Shown here: positions 30,271-44,295 of the stretch, one piece after another
Layout: every line of letters begins with the position of its first letter
Position numbering within the stretch: the stretch's first letter is position 1
Origin: the human T2T-CHM13v2.0 reference genome, Homo sapiens
Assembly (NCBI RefSeq): GCF_009914755.1
Contig: NC_060935.1
Strand: one strand, 5' to 3'
DNA length: 64,000 nt
Translations under genes and position numbers: made by a program
The notes under the pieces: generated by a model
The model's database searches: none
What the model was told of the DNA's origin: nothing
The model's input: only the letters and a program-made list of their open reading frames with translations

Positions 30271-31206
30271 ATGTCAGGAGAAAATAATTCCTCAGTGACT
30301 GAGTTCATTCTGGCTGGGCTCTCAGAACAGCCAGAGCTCCAGCTGCCCCTCTTCCTCCTGTTCTTAGGAATCTATGTGGTCACAGTGGTGGGCAACCTGG
30401 GCATGACCACACTGATTTGGCTCAGTTCTCACCTGCACACCCCTATGTACTATTTCCTCAGCAGTCTGTCCTTCATTGACTTCTGCCATTCCACTGTCAT
30501 TACCCCTAAGATGCTGGTGAACTTTGTGACAGAGAAGAACATCATCTCCTACCCTGAATGCATGACTCAGCTCTACTTCTTCCTCGTTTTTGCTATTGCA
30601 GAGTGTCACATGTTGGCTGCAATGGCGTATGACCGTTACATGGCCATCTGTAGCCCCTTGCTGTACAGTGTCATCATATCCAATAAGGCTTGCTTTTCTC
30701 TGATTTTAGGGGTGTATATAATAGGCCTGGTTTGTGCATCAGTTCATACAGGCTGTATGTTTAGGGTTCAATTCTGCAAATTTGATTTGATTAACCATTA
30801 TTTCTGTGATCTTCTTCCCCTCCTAAAGCTCTCTTGCTCTAGTATCTATGTCAACAAACTACTTATTCTATGTGTTGGTGCATTTAACATCCTTGTCCCC
30901 AGCCTGACCATCCTTTGCTCTTACATCTTTATTATTGCCAGCATCCTCCACATTCGCTCCACTGAGGGCAGGTCCAAAGCCTTCAGCACTTGTAGCTCCC
31001 ACATGTTGGCGGTTGTAATCTTTTTTGGATCTGCAGCATTCATGTACTTGCAGCCATCTTCAATCAGCTCCATGGACCAGGGGAAAGTATCCTCTGTGTT
31101 TTATACTATTATTGTGCCCATGTTGAACCCTCTGATTTATAGCCTGAGGAATAAAGATGTCCATGTTTCCCTGAAGAAAATGCTACAGAGAAGAACATTA
31201 TTGTAA
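30271..31206 (+). CDS. OR8G1: Olfactory receptor 8G1, 311 aa, intact
   Basis: N-glycosylation [47 protein letters not shown]; single coding exon after acceptor at 30254. Confidence 0.95.
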   Translation: MSGENNSSVTEFILAGLSEQPELQLPLFLLFLGIYVVTVVGNLGMTTLIWLSSHLHTPMYYFLSSLSFIDFCHSTVITPKMLVNFVTEKNIISYPECMTQLYFFLVFAIAECHMLAAMAYDRYMAICSPLLYSVIISNKACFSLILGVYIIGLVCASVHTGCMFRVQFCKFDLINHYFCDLLPLLKLSCSSIYVNKLLILCVGAFNILVPSLTILCSYIFIIASILHIRSTEGRSKAFSTCSSHMLAVVIFFGSAAFMYLQPSSISSMDQGKVSSVFYTIIVPMLNPLIYSLRNKDVHVSLKKMLQRRTLL

Positions 31207-33732
31207 ACAGTAATAATAAGAAGATGATATATTACTCCTAAGTAGTGGACTGTTACATTGTATGAATGGATGTCTTTCACTTTAATGCATCTGTCAATAA
31301 TTTTTACCATTTGGTGAGATTATATTACCATTATTTTTTCATTTCATGACCCTTTGATGTCATTTCCCATGTGGGGTTTTAACTCATATGTATCAATGAG
31401 ACACAAATTAATATAAATACTAAAATCGACATGAGTACATAGACTCATTAATGCCAGCCCCATGTTCTTACCTCTTTTCTTTTACACAATTGATAAAATT
31501 CAGCTCAGTTCTCAACCATAATGAAAATACCATCTTCCAAAAGTGATACCAATCTCCCTTATTCTGTCTTTTCAATAACAACATAAATTATTGCAATATG
31601 ATAGCTGTAATTTTAGCCTGCAGCAATCTCTTTTCTGCCTTATTCATCTATTTACCTCATTTGTCTGCTGTATTTCTTCTTTAGCAACATAATCAAAATT
31701 TCAGAATATAAGTTACATATCCGTGTATGTGTTATAATTGTGCAATCCAATATATCATCTGCTTTGCATTTTCCTATTCTAGTTTGTACTTGCCTTCAAC
31801 CTACACTGGACTTCAGTCTTCATGAAGATTCCCCCGTACATGTGGTTTATTGCCACGTCTCCAGCGTCTATCATAGTTCTTGCCACCTTAGGTCCTTGAA
31901 AGCTTTTTTATTATTTCCTCATTTAAGCTAAGTATAGGAAAGCCATATGTATGTCATACTTACTTTATCTATTTATCTCTCGAAGAGCTACATATGTTTT
32001 TAAATCTAATCTAATTTAATTTATATTTCAAGTTGATTAAAATTTACTTTAGAAGGTTCTTCAAGAATCTATAATATAACTGGTAACATTCTGACCTATT
32101 CTATGCTAAGATGTATGTGTATTTGTTCTGTGAAAAATCCCAATGCAGATATGATAACTTGTTAACAACTGATTTTTTAAGTCATTAAACCCTCTCAACA
32201 ACCAAGGAGTCCCTAAAGCAATACTTATTTTTTCTTTCTTTTCAAACATGTGGCACAGGAAGGTTAAAAAATATGTTTGATGCCTGATGGGTAAACATAG
32301 CAAATCTGGTGATAGAGTTGGAACCTGAATAGCATGGTCTAAACTACCCTTAATTCTCTATGCCTAGAGCAGAACATAATTTTACCTGTGCTGGTAATGA
32401 GAAAATTCCTTGCTATGTAGATATTTAGTGAATTTTATGATATATAAAATATACTTCAATAAAATTGCTTTAAAATGAAAGTGAGGGTGCTACGTGATCA
32501 AATACAATAAGCTATGTTTCTATAACCAGAAGAAATATTTCACTTGTCTATATTTGGATGGGGCTGGTTAAGTTGCTTTGATCAGATTCCAGGTAATGCA
32601 GCTTACTCTGTTTATATATATTTAATCACAGGCTCCTGGATATCGAAACTATAGTTTGTCCATCCTTTTAGTTGAAGGGAGTGTAGGTGAATGAGCCATA
32701 GGTTAATAGGACTATTTCCCGGGAACTCTAAAAACATGGCATGTATAAAATTGAGCATACCAAGTAGATTTGGATCTTCTTGCCTGAGAAAATTCTCAAT
32801 CAATCATGGACTCTATTAACCTGAGTCTGGGAAGATTCAACTGTTAATCTATTTCTTCCATGTGGAGCCAAGTTAAATGATTTCTTTAAGCTTATTTACT
32901 TATTACTTATTTGCTATTACTAGTGTATCTAAGTATAACTAGTGAAAAAATTGCCAGGATCCGACTTAGAAAAAAATATATTTCTAAAAGCTAAGGGGAC
33001 TTAAAGTTATTTCCTCAGAAAACTCATCTCTGAAACTCAATCTGCATTACTTTTCCATATCATCCTTATGTTCTCTTTCAGAAAAACTATCTCTTTTTCT
33101 TCTTAGCTTGCATTGCTTGTGGTAATTTTATGATCATTTGAACGTCTACTCTGTACATTTCCCTTGCTTCAATGGACTATAAGCTCGAGTAGAGAATACA
33201 CACTCAAATATTTATTAATGATTATACCAAACACCCTTGGTTTCTCATGCCACATTCTTTCAGACTACCTCCTGTTTCTCATTTCAGCAGACTTGAGGCA
33301 CATTTATTAGCTGTGTGCAAGCTGAGAGTCAACTTGCATTGAAGGTGTTACACTTCAAATTTCCAGCAAGTGCTTTGCACTTTCACTCTGGAAACTTCTC
33401 CACAATTTCAGATGCTCATTTGGCTTATGTACAGTCAGCTCAAAGAATTCTTGCTCTTGGGGTCACCTTTACCCAGTAACAGTGAAAATTGTGTGTAATG
33501 CCACATCATCCTGTCACACAGGACAGCCATCTTGGGAAACATCATATGCACTTCTGAGGAAGTGCTGGTAAAATTGAACCACCATTGCTCATACCAGCTT
33601 TTCAATAACATACTCCAATATTAGCTTTTCCTTCTTCGCATTTTGACTCAAATTTGTAAACATTACTAAAAAATTAACAGCTTAAATGAAGATAAAACAA
33701 TAATTTAAAGTCCGTTAGAAAACTATTTATGT

Positions 33733-34018
<286 letters not shown>

Positions 34019-34069
34019 CTACCACCACCACCAATGAACAAACAAACAAAAACTTTGACAACTTTTAAT

Positions 34070-35065
34070 GGTCAAAAAATATTGTATATATTATTGTGTA
34101 CAAGTTATTTTGAATGTGTGTGTGTGTATAGCGAAATGCCTAAATTGAGCTAGTTAACATATATATTACCTAACATATTTATTTGTGTGTGTGTGGTGAG
34201 AACACTAATCCAATAGATTTTTATTACTATAGTTACCATTTATACAATAGATTGTTTTTAACTTATTCCTTCTATCTAATTAAAATATTATATCCTTTGA
34301 CCAACATCTCCTCCCACACGCCCAGCTGCAGATAAACACAATTCTACTGTCTACCTCTGTGAGTTCAGCATTTTTAGATTCCACATGTATGTGAGATCAT
34401 GTAGTATTTGTCTTTCTGTGCCTGGCTTATTTCATGTAATATAATGTCCTACAGGTTCATCTGTATTGTTGCAAATTTTTAAATCTAAATATTATTCCAT
34501 TGTGCACATATACCACATTTTGTTTATCCATTCTTCCTAAGCGATGGACACCTAGGTTAATCTATATCTTGGCTATTGTGAATAATGCTACAATAAACAT
34601 GGGAGTGCAGATATTTCTTTGACGTGCTGATTGTATTTTTTGAATATATACCCGATAGTGGTATTGCTAGGTCATATGGTAGTTCAATTTTTAATTTTTT
34701 GAGGAAGCTTTATGCTGTTTTCCATAATGACTGTACTAATTTACATTCCCATTAACAGCATGTAATGGTTCACTTTCCTCCACATCCTCTCCAACAGTTA
34801 TCCCTTCTCTTTTTGATAGTAACTATCCTAACAAGTATGAGGTGATATCTCACTGTAGTTTCTCTGCAATTTGATGATTTGTAATTTTGAACACTTTTTC
34901 ATATACCTGTTGACCATTTTTATGTCTTCTTTTGAGAAATGTCTATTTAGATGCTTTGCCTATTTTTAAATCTGTTAATTGTTTTCTTACCATTGAGATG
35001 TTTGCATTTCTTATATATGTAGGATATCAATCGCTTGTGAGATGTATGGTTTGCAAATATTTTCT
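34070..35065 (-). mobile_element. L1MA-like 3' fragment
   Basis: tttagattccacatgtatgtgagatcatgtagtatttgtc and antisense ORF2 C-terminal motifs. Confidence 0.8.
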
Positions 35066-35444
35066 TTCAAAGCAAATTTGATTAAGAAAATCTATTGTAA
35101 ATTATTATCTCAAAATGATATAATACTAATAAATATTTTGAGTAAAAAGTTTAATAATTTTTATTTCCAAACAAGTTAATTAGTCTGTATATGGAACTAA
35201 AATAACCTGTACAGTGCATGTGTTTCTTTTGTTCCTCAACATTTTTATTTTTAGAAGAAAACCTTATCATTTCTCCTTTGTGCAGTTCCCTAGGAACACC
35301 TCTTGTGTTTACACCAACATCTACCAGAAGCTTTCATTTAGCCCTCAAACTAAAATTATCCAAGCATTGGTGTTTTATGAGTACATTACGATATTTAATA
35401 CAGTTAGTAGAGGTCAATGAAAATAAAAACTTCCATGTCTTACA

Positions 35445-35640
35445 GTGCATTCATTTTCTAGAATAGCTGTAACAAAGTGTCATACTCTGGGCAGCTTTAA
35501 ACAACTGAAATTTATTGTCTCATAGTTCTGGGAATTAGAAGTCAAAAAATCAAGATGTCAGCGTAGGTGGTTCCTCCTGAGAGCTCTGAGGAAAATTTCA
35601 TGCCTCTTCCTAATGCCCAGTTATGGCCAGCTTTTCTTGG
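35445..35640. mobile_element. MLT1-type MaLR LTR fragment
   Basis: gctgtaacaaag...aaatttattgtctcatagttctgg...aagatgtcagc. Confidence 0.6.
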
Positions 35641-36849
35641 TGGAAGTGATTTTCTTAAAGTCACACAGCAAGTATGGAGTTAAGCTGAGATTTGAACCTA
35701 GGACTGTCCAACCGAATATCAGGATATACTGGAATTTTTATATCAAGTCATGAAATATTAGAACTGGAAGAGATGTTAAAAATGATTTAACCCAATTACT
35801 CATATTGTACTGTGTACTTGAAAAATATCTACTCAGTGGTTACACAGGCTATGCTCTAACATTTCTGGTTGTAAGTCCTGCACATTAAGGTAACTGCTTC
35901 CATTTCTGGATGTATTCGTATGCTCTTCTTTGTTGTGAAACAAAATGTGTCTCACCATAGTTTCTAGCAGTTAGTATTACAGCAATTTCTTAGACATGAA
36001 GAAAATGAATTCAACATCTCCTAAATATAGGAATATGCTGAATATTTGAAGATAGCTGTCATGTGTCAAACAGAGTATTACTGTGCTAGCTAAATATCTT
36101 CAGTTCTCTCTGACAATCTTCAAATGACAAAATTTCCAGAACATTTTTCTCCTGAAATTTTCCAGTTTTTCTATACCCCACAAAATTATGGTACTCCAAA
36201 CTAAACAGTAGTCCAACTATTGTTGAGTGTTAAATAAGACTAAGCAATTCCATTTTCTAGGACCTTTTTTTTTTTTTTTTTTCAAGTGAAGACTAAAGAT
36301 ATATTGAGTCTTTTTTAAAAGTCACATTATACTGTTGACCAGTATTGAATTTGACTTTCACCACCTCAACCATGAAGTACAATAGTGTAGATCAATCACA
36401 GTCCACTGCTCCCCGGCCACAATGGAGGATTACATGAGTTATATTTAGGCTGTTTTATTGCTTTCCTGCAAATATTCAATTTAGCAACAAAGGAAGATAG
36501 TTCATTGGTTTTGGAGAAGCTGTTGAAATATAAGCATGAGATTTGTCAAGCAGTGATTTGATTTATTATTTTAAAATTTCTAACACTAATATGAGTAAGG
36601 TATAACTTTTCAGGAAGTGTCTTGGTCCTCTAAAATCAGCTAATAATAGTCTGGGCTGTGAACAAATAGTACTGGCTTGTAGTTTCTAAGAAATGCAGAA
36701 TCTCAAACCGCACTCAGACTTGCTGGATCAGAATATACCTTTTCACAAAATCCTTTATTGCCAGTAGGCACAAATCTTTATTGCTAATCGACAAGTTTAG
36801 AATTGACAAAAATTCCCCTGAAGAAAAATTAGACAATTGGGTAAATGCC

Positions 36850-37249
36850 AACAGTAATTGCTTCTTTTCTCAGGAGCTTGTGTTCCCAGAGAAATGGAAA
36901 TCCTTGGAGAATGTTTGTCTGCATGATATTTGGTACCTGGCGTATCTAAACCCAGGACAAATGTTCACAGCACAGCAATCAAAACTGCTCAGGCCACTGT
37001 AAAAGGGGAAGATGTGTGCTAGAGCTAGAGAAACACAACTGAAAAGTGACAACTGGAGATGCTGATCAGTGGTGCAGATTGATTTCAAAAGTGAGTGAGA
37101 TGTCTTGTGCTTTGCAGTCTCAGGACTAAAGACTACAGAACGCTGGCTTGGTACCTATGACTTCCAACACCAGCATTAGTGCCATTCTCCAAGTCAAAGA
37201 CAGCAAGTTGCAAATAAAATTTGGAACTGAGGTTTCAGGCAAAAGAAAG
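36850..37249 (+). promoter_or_regulatory. Putative promoter and non-coding exon 1 of OR8G5
   Basis: TAATTG 36855-36860, TCTCAGGAG 36868-36876, TCCCAGAGA 36884-36892, TCCTTGGAGA 36901-36910; donor AAG|GTGAGT at 37250; acceptor ctctcccctgcag at 45549. Confidence 0.65.
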
Positions 37250-37957
37250 GTGAGTGTGTTCATCTCACACTTATGATTTGATGCTATTAGGTCTAGAAGT
37301 AATCGCTGTAAAAACTGTAGGAAATATTTGTGAATACTTTCGTTCATTCATTTAATCAATCATTTATTCTTAAAAGTACTTTTTAAACTTTCAGTGATTT
37401 GCCAGATATGGGCTAATACTGGGAATACAGAAGAGAGGAGGTCTGATCCACAGCCTGGCTTACAGTACAGTTCAGTCTAAAAATGTGCTGTTTAGAAATT
37501 AGAATTTTCTGAGCATGCAGTAGAAAGGTCCAATCAATTACAAGGAATTGGAGAATGGTTCTATGATTATTATAGTTTTGAATGAGATATGAAAGAAAAC
37601 AAATGTTTGCCAGACAACAGAAAGTGTAATTGGTAAGACTATTTAATGTAGAAGGAACAGTAAACAAAAAGTCAGACAGCTAAGTGAATGTGACAAATTC
37701 CAGGAACTGAATGAAGCCAAATATTTCTCTCACAAAGGAGGAAGATACAAGACCTAAGAGTAGAAAGAGATGAAGAGATAGTGGATATTTGTTTTTAATC
37801 ATAAGATAAATTAAGAAAATCTTTTCCCTAATTTTTCTGAAGATGGATCGTCATGCTGTGGTTAAATATATTTAATGGCCAGAAATAAATAGCCTCTTCC
37901 TTTTTTAAGATCTCAAGTTATTAGAATATTTTTATATTGATTAAAGGGTGTATTCTT

Positions 37958-38704
37958 TTTTAATAGGAGAAAAAGGCATACAAAATTTATTTAATGTGTA
38001 TATACATGGAAGTCATACACTAAGTATGAAACTCAAGAAGGACCAGGTGGTTGAGGCTTAAATACTCTCTTCATGGAAGAGAGATGTGTGGATGCAAGAG
38101 GTAGACATTATTTTGTAAATGATTATCTTTGGAAGCTGGATGAGATGGACAAGTTATGGAAGGTGAGGGGTGGAAATGCATGGGGACACAGGTTGTCTTA
38201 TTATGCAGATAAAGTCCCCCAGGTAATCTCTTGGAGCTGCCTTGAGAATAGCAGATGAAAAGTCTGTCTGTGCATGGTGATGACTCCCAGTCTCTTCTCT
38301 GGTGGTTAATCTTTCCTGGTTATCTTTCCTGGATTCCAAAGAAGGGGGTCTTAAGACAACTGCATTTCTTTGGGAAAGAAGCTTAGTTAGATAAGGAAAT
38401 TCCAAAGAGTCCCACCCAGTACTTTGGGGAAGAGGATCTGAGAGACAAGGAGGTGGGAGAAGGTCAGAAACAGCCCTTGGTTCTGAAGCTTATTTCCAAG
38501 GCCTTTTAAAGCACTCAGCATGCCAGAGTGCCATATTTTGGGGAATCATCTTCTGCACCCCAACATCACCTCTCTTCTCTCTTAGGAGAGTCCTTCCTTT
38601 CTAAATCTAGCTCTTGTACACGTACTCCATATCCCATTATTTTCTTCTTCTCTGAGACTTTTCCCCATTGAATGATCTCCTCTCTGGCTAGCATCTTCAA
38701 CATC
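37958..38704 (-). mobile_element. TSD-flanked retroposed segment: partial MER21-like LTR (37962-38565) plus ~140 bp L2-like flank
   Basis: Perfect 16-bp direct repeat taaagggtgtattctt 37942-37957 and 38705-38720; short T-tract; minus-strand AATAAA 37986-37991. Confidence 0.8.
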
Positions 38705-38890
38705 TAAAGGGTGTATTCTTAAGTCTGTCAAACACCATACACAAAATAAACACCTCTTCTCTTTTGTTTCTCTTTCAATGTATAAAAGTGTCTGCTAATT
38801 ATTTCATTACCTTTAAATATTTTCCAAGCTCTTCACAGCTTCTATACAACTTTCATCTTGTCAATGTTCCTCCTTAAAAAAGACATTCAT

Positions 38891-39217
<327 letters not shown>

Positions 39218-40834
39218 TCATAATTAAACATAAAGTTCAAAATTTAATATGACAGGCATAGAATAGTACTTGCCAACCTCATAGTGCCCATAGAAGATGG
39301 TAATATTTGCATAGCATCTGGGGTAAGAAATTTACCCCAGCTTGTGGCAAATGCTGACCTCTAAGAGGCTCTGGATGCCACAGGCTTCTCTTCATTGCCC
39401 CAAGGACTAAACACCAGCACTTCAGCACCATTGTAACACATTCTAAGTCCATGGCACATGAGTTGGGAAGCTATGTCGTAGATCTTATTGAGATTATGGC
39501 TCATCATACTCTAGAAATTGTTTTTTAATAAATAAGCTATGAATTTTCAATTGCTTTATCATCTATTATTCTATGGACTCCATTGGATTATTTTTTAAAA
39601 TGCCTTTATGCTTTTATATAAACTACACTCAAACCAGATATCTTATATGGGAAGAATTAATTTTTAAACTAAGCTTAGAAGTTAATAAATATTTTCCCTG
39701 CTACATTTTAATTTGTTTCAACTCTGTTCTCAAACCTGGATGATCATCATCATTGATTTAGAAGTGTCATTTGTGTGTTTTATTTTTATTTTATTTTTCA
39801 GAGAGGTCAGATCTCTAAACCTCAACATCAAAGATTCTGATTCACTAAATCTGGTAGAGTGGTAGCAAATCTATATTAAACAACACAAACAGGATATTTA
39901 CACATGAGTTGAAAAAAATTTGAAATTTGACAAAGATTTGAAAATATTTTCAAAGTTTCAGAAGCTACTAAAAGATATCTGAACTAGAATACAACTATCA
40001 ATTATCAGAATTAGAGAGGGGGTAGCAATACTAGTTTAACTAAAGTAAAACCACATGCAGTTTGGAAGTTTATAATGCTCAAAGTTATTAATTCTACAAA
40101 TAGCAATATGAACAAATTAGAACTATAGCAGTAAACTTCAGAAGAACTAGAAGCAGACACTGTTGGAACTATTCTACAGAGATTAAGTAGTGTCTGGGGA
40201 ACAGGATAGAGTATATAGGGAGGTGATTCTGGAATGTTTGTTTTTCGTTATAATCATGTTTACATTTTTACATTAATCCTTTTTTGTAAACACTTCAATC
40301 TCCCTAGATGACTGTGATGATCAATCATATTGGGAAATACCTGAATCAACAAACACTCTTTGTGTTCAAATATTTTCTTCTACATCTGACTGTAAAGCAA
40401 CAAGCCTCCCATAACTCTATCTTATCCAGCATATATTCTGAAAGCCTGTGCCACCTGCCTGTATAAATTGAAGATGAACTGTGTCTATAGCACATTCACA
40501 CCAAGCAATTGAAATATTAGTGTTAATATAAAATTATCTGATTGAGACGAGCTGTATTCTAGAAAGCAAGGCATTTACTGATCTTATATACAGATGTTGA
40601 GAAAGGGATATAGAGAATAATGGCTATAATATCCATCTTGAGTTTTTAGAGTACAATAATTGTTAACTTTTGAGAATCAATATCTTGACTCCCCTTTGAT
40701 ATTGCACTGAGATGATATTTTCCATAAATCCTCAGACATAAACAGCACTAGCTAAATATTCTCTTCAGGAATTTGTTGATATATTTTTCATAGTCATGCA
40801 TTTTTTTGTCTTTAAATAATTTTTTAAAATTTCA

Positions 40835-41145
40835 GTATACACCATAGAATACCATTGAGCCATAAAAAGGAACAAAATAATGACTTTTGCAGCCGCTTGG
40901 ATGAAGCTGGAGGTCATTATTCTAAGTGAAGTAGTTCATGAATGGAAACCCAAATGTAATGTGTTCTCATTTATAAGTGGCAGCTAAGCTATGTGTGGAG
41001 GAAGAGGATCAGAAAAAAATAACTAATAGGTACAATGCTTAATACCTGGGTGAGTAAATAATTTGTACAACAAACCCCCATGACACAAGTTTACCTATAT
41101 GACAAACCTAAACATGTACCCTGAACTTAAAAGTTAAAAAAAGAA
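40835..41145 (+). mobile_element. L1 (L1PA16/L1PB-like) 3' fragment with internal deletion
   Basis: ccataaaaaggaacaaaataatg...acaaacccccatgacacaagtttacc...aacttaaaagttaaaaaaa. Confidence 0.75.
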
Positions 41146-41309
41146 TTACATATTGATATATTTTTTAAACATATCAATCATCTGTTTAGATGTTATATCC
41201 AGCAATTGAATTATGTTAAATCTATACATAAGTTTGAGAGACTTAATATCTTTATAATAGTGAGTCTTATTATCCACAGATATGGTAAATCTCTTCTCTT
41301 ATTAGGGTT

Positions 41310-41850
41310 TTTAAAAAATTAGTTGATACATAATTGTACATATTTGTGAGGTACCTGTGGTATTTTGATAGATGCATACAATGTGTAATGATCAAATCAG
41401 GGTATTTAGGATACTCATCACCTCAAACATTTATCATTTGTTTGTGTTGGAAACATTTTAAACCTTCTACCTATTTAAAAATACACTATATATTGTTGTT
41501 AACTATAATCACCCTACTGTGTTACTGAACATTAGGAACTATTCCTTCTATCTAACTGTATGTCATGTACCCATTAATCCATATCTCTTCATACTTCCAC
41601 ACCCAGCCAGTCTTTCCAGCCACCAGTGACTGTCATTCTACTCTTTATCTCCATGAGATCAGCTTTTTTAGCTTCCACATATGAGTAAGAATATAAAATA
41701 TTTGTCTTTCTATGCCTGGCTTATTTCACTTAACCATCAAATTACAGGATTTCGTTCGTTTTATGGCTTAATAGTATTCCATTGTGTATGTATACCACAT
41801 TTCCTTTATCCATCCATCCATCCACTGATGGAGACTTAAGTTTGTCTAAT
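41310..41850 (-). mobile_element. L1MA 3' fragment
   Basis: gatacataattgtacatattt...tttttagcttccacatatgagtaagaat. Confidence 0.75.
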
Positions 41851-43297
41851 TTATCTTAAGATTACTTAAAAGTTTTAACCTATAGTCATTGTATATGTTT
41901 TGCTTTATATTTTGAGGTATTTGGTGCTAATTTGTTGCTATTTCACATGATATTCTTTTTGTGCTTCTTTCAAAAATAAATTTTAATATAAGGAAACAGA
42001 AAATCTAATGAAAGGGAGTGAAAAATAGTATGCTGTGCAAACATTAACCAAAAAAATATTGTGATAGCCTAACAATGCTAAAAATGCTAACAAGAGACGA
42101 AGGAAGATTTAAGCAAGACACATTACTAAATATAAAGTTCTGCATTCCATAGCAATAAAGATTTTGGTAAAGATTCAACTACTAAAGGAAGAAATTTAAA
42201 AATCAGAAATTTTGGTGAGAGACATGGACATACTTAGCTACTAACCGTTAGAACATCAGACAAAAATATCACTATGCATATTAAATGCCTCAACAACATA
42301 ATTAGTGAAGTGAACATCATTGAAATGTATGTATTAAGGGACCTCAATATCAGGCAATGTATCCTTTTAAGATGCATTTGGAATATTTATGAAAACTGAT
42401 GATATGTTGTATTATAAAGAAAATCTCAGCAATTTGAAATAACTTCAATGATTCAGAGTATGTTTGTTAGCTACAATGAAATTAAGACAGACATTTTAAA
42501 AAGCCTGACTTCTGTAAAGTTAACAGTTTACTTTCTATAATCCACGGAACAACACAGATATAAAAAAGAAATTATAAAGTGTCTTAAACTGTATAATATC
42601 ATAACTTTGATATATCAAAACTTGTGACAAGTAGCTAAAGTAGGGCTGAGAGGGAAATTTATACCTTATATGCACATATTACAAAAGACTATAAATGGAA
42701 GATGTTGATTAAGGTTCAGTTCAAAAATCTAGGAAAAGGACAGGAAATCATGCTAAAGAAATGAATAAAAATAAAATAAATTATTAGAAATTTAAATAAA
42801 AATAAATGTTAAAATCAACAGAGTAAAAAGTTAGCTTATTTAAATTGATTAATAAAATTGACAGACTTCTAGCATGAATGATCAAGACAAAAAGACAACC
42901 TTAATTTATTGGATTCAGGAATGAAGAAGCAAAAAATTTTGCATAGCCTACAAATATTTTTTAAATGTTAATTATTATGAAAAACATAATGTAAAATGTT
43001 TCATAATTTGTAAAGTAAGCAACTGAATTGAAAATTCAATTTAAGAAAACTAAAAAGAAAGATAAAATCTGAATATATAATATCTATTAAATAAATTCAT
43101 TCCATTACTGAAATTTCTTACACACAAAAAACCTGTAGGTCTAGAGAGCTACACTGGTGAATACTTCTATACATTTGGGGTTTCTGGTGGAAAATCTATT
43201 GCAAAGAAACATAATGTTTTTGAGATCCATGTTAAACGTATTTGTGATTTATATTTACTTTTTAAATTCTCAATAGTATTCAGTTTTATATATATGT

Positions 43298-43334
<37 letters not shown>

Positions 43335-43974
43335 ACAACTCATGCATCTACTCATCTGTTGATGAACATTTGAGGTTGTTTCTAACTTATGGTTGTTTTG
43401 AATAAGGCTGCCATGTACATTTTTGTACATATCTTTATGTAGACAAATGTTTACATTTTTCTTGGGTAAATACTAAGAGGCAGAATTCTGGATTTATTTA
43501 ATGTCTGTTTAAGTTTATAAGAAATTGGCAAACTCTTTTCCAAAACAGTTGAACAATTTCACACTCCCTGCCAGCTTTGTATGACAAGTAGAGATGCTCC
43601 TGACACTTGATATATTCAGGTGTTTTTGTTTTGTTTTGTTTTTTCTATTCTATCATGGTTTGTAGTGTCTCATTATGGTGTTAATTTCATTTCCTTGATT
43701 ACTAAAAACATTGGATATATTTTCATAAACTTACTGACCAGTCATATATCTTTTCTGTGAGATAGCTCTTCTGATATTTCACTAGTAGTTAATATTTGGT
43801 TGTCTGTGTACTATTATTTGCATATGTTATTTACATATTTTAGATAAAAGTCCTCTGTCAGGCATATGTGTTACCTTGAGCTTGCCATTTCATTTTCTTA
43901 ATGTCATTAATTTTGTTTTCATTTTGATGAAATATAATCAAAACATTGTTAGTTTTTGGTTCTTTTGCTTTTTT

Positions 43975-44295
43975 AAAAATATTTTATTTTATTTTTTATT
44001 ATACTTTAAGCTTTAGGGTACGTGTGCACAATGTGCAGGTTTGTTACATATGTATACATGTGCCATGTTGGTGTGCTGCACCCATTAACTTGTCATTTAA
44101 CATTAGGTATTTCTCCTAATGCTATCCCTCCCCCCTCCCCCCACCCCACAACAGGCCCTGGTGTGTGATGTTCCCCTTCCTGTGTCCATGTGTTCTCATT
44201 GTTCAGTTCCCACCTATGAGTGAGAACATGCGGTGTTTGGTTTCTTGTCCTTGCGATAGTTTGCTGAGAATGATGGTTTCCAGCTTAATCCATGT
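43975..44295 (-). mobile_element. L1PA4/5-like 3' end
   Basis: ttattatactttaag...cccacctatgagtgagaacatgcgg. Confidence 0.9.

Noticed and set aside
43302-43333. (CA)n and other simple repeats (28990, 53031)
   Set aside because: Ordinary microsatellites
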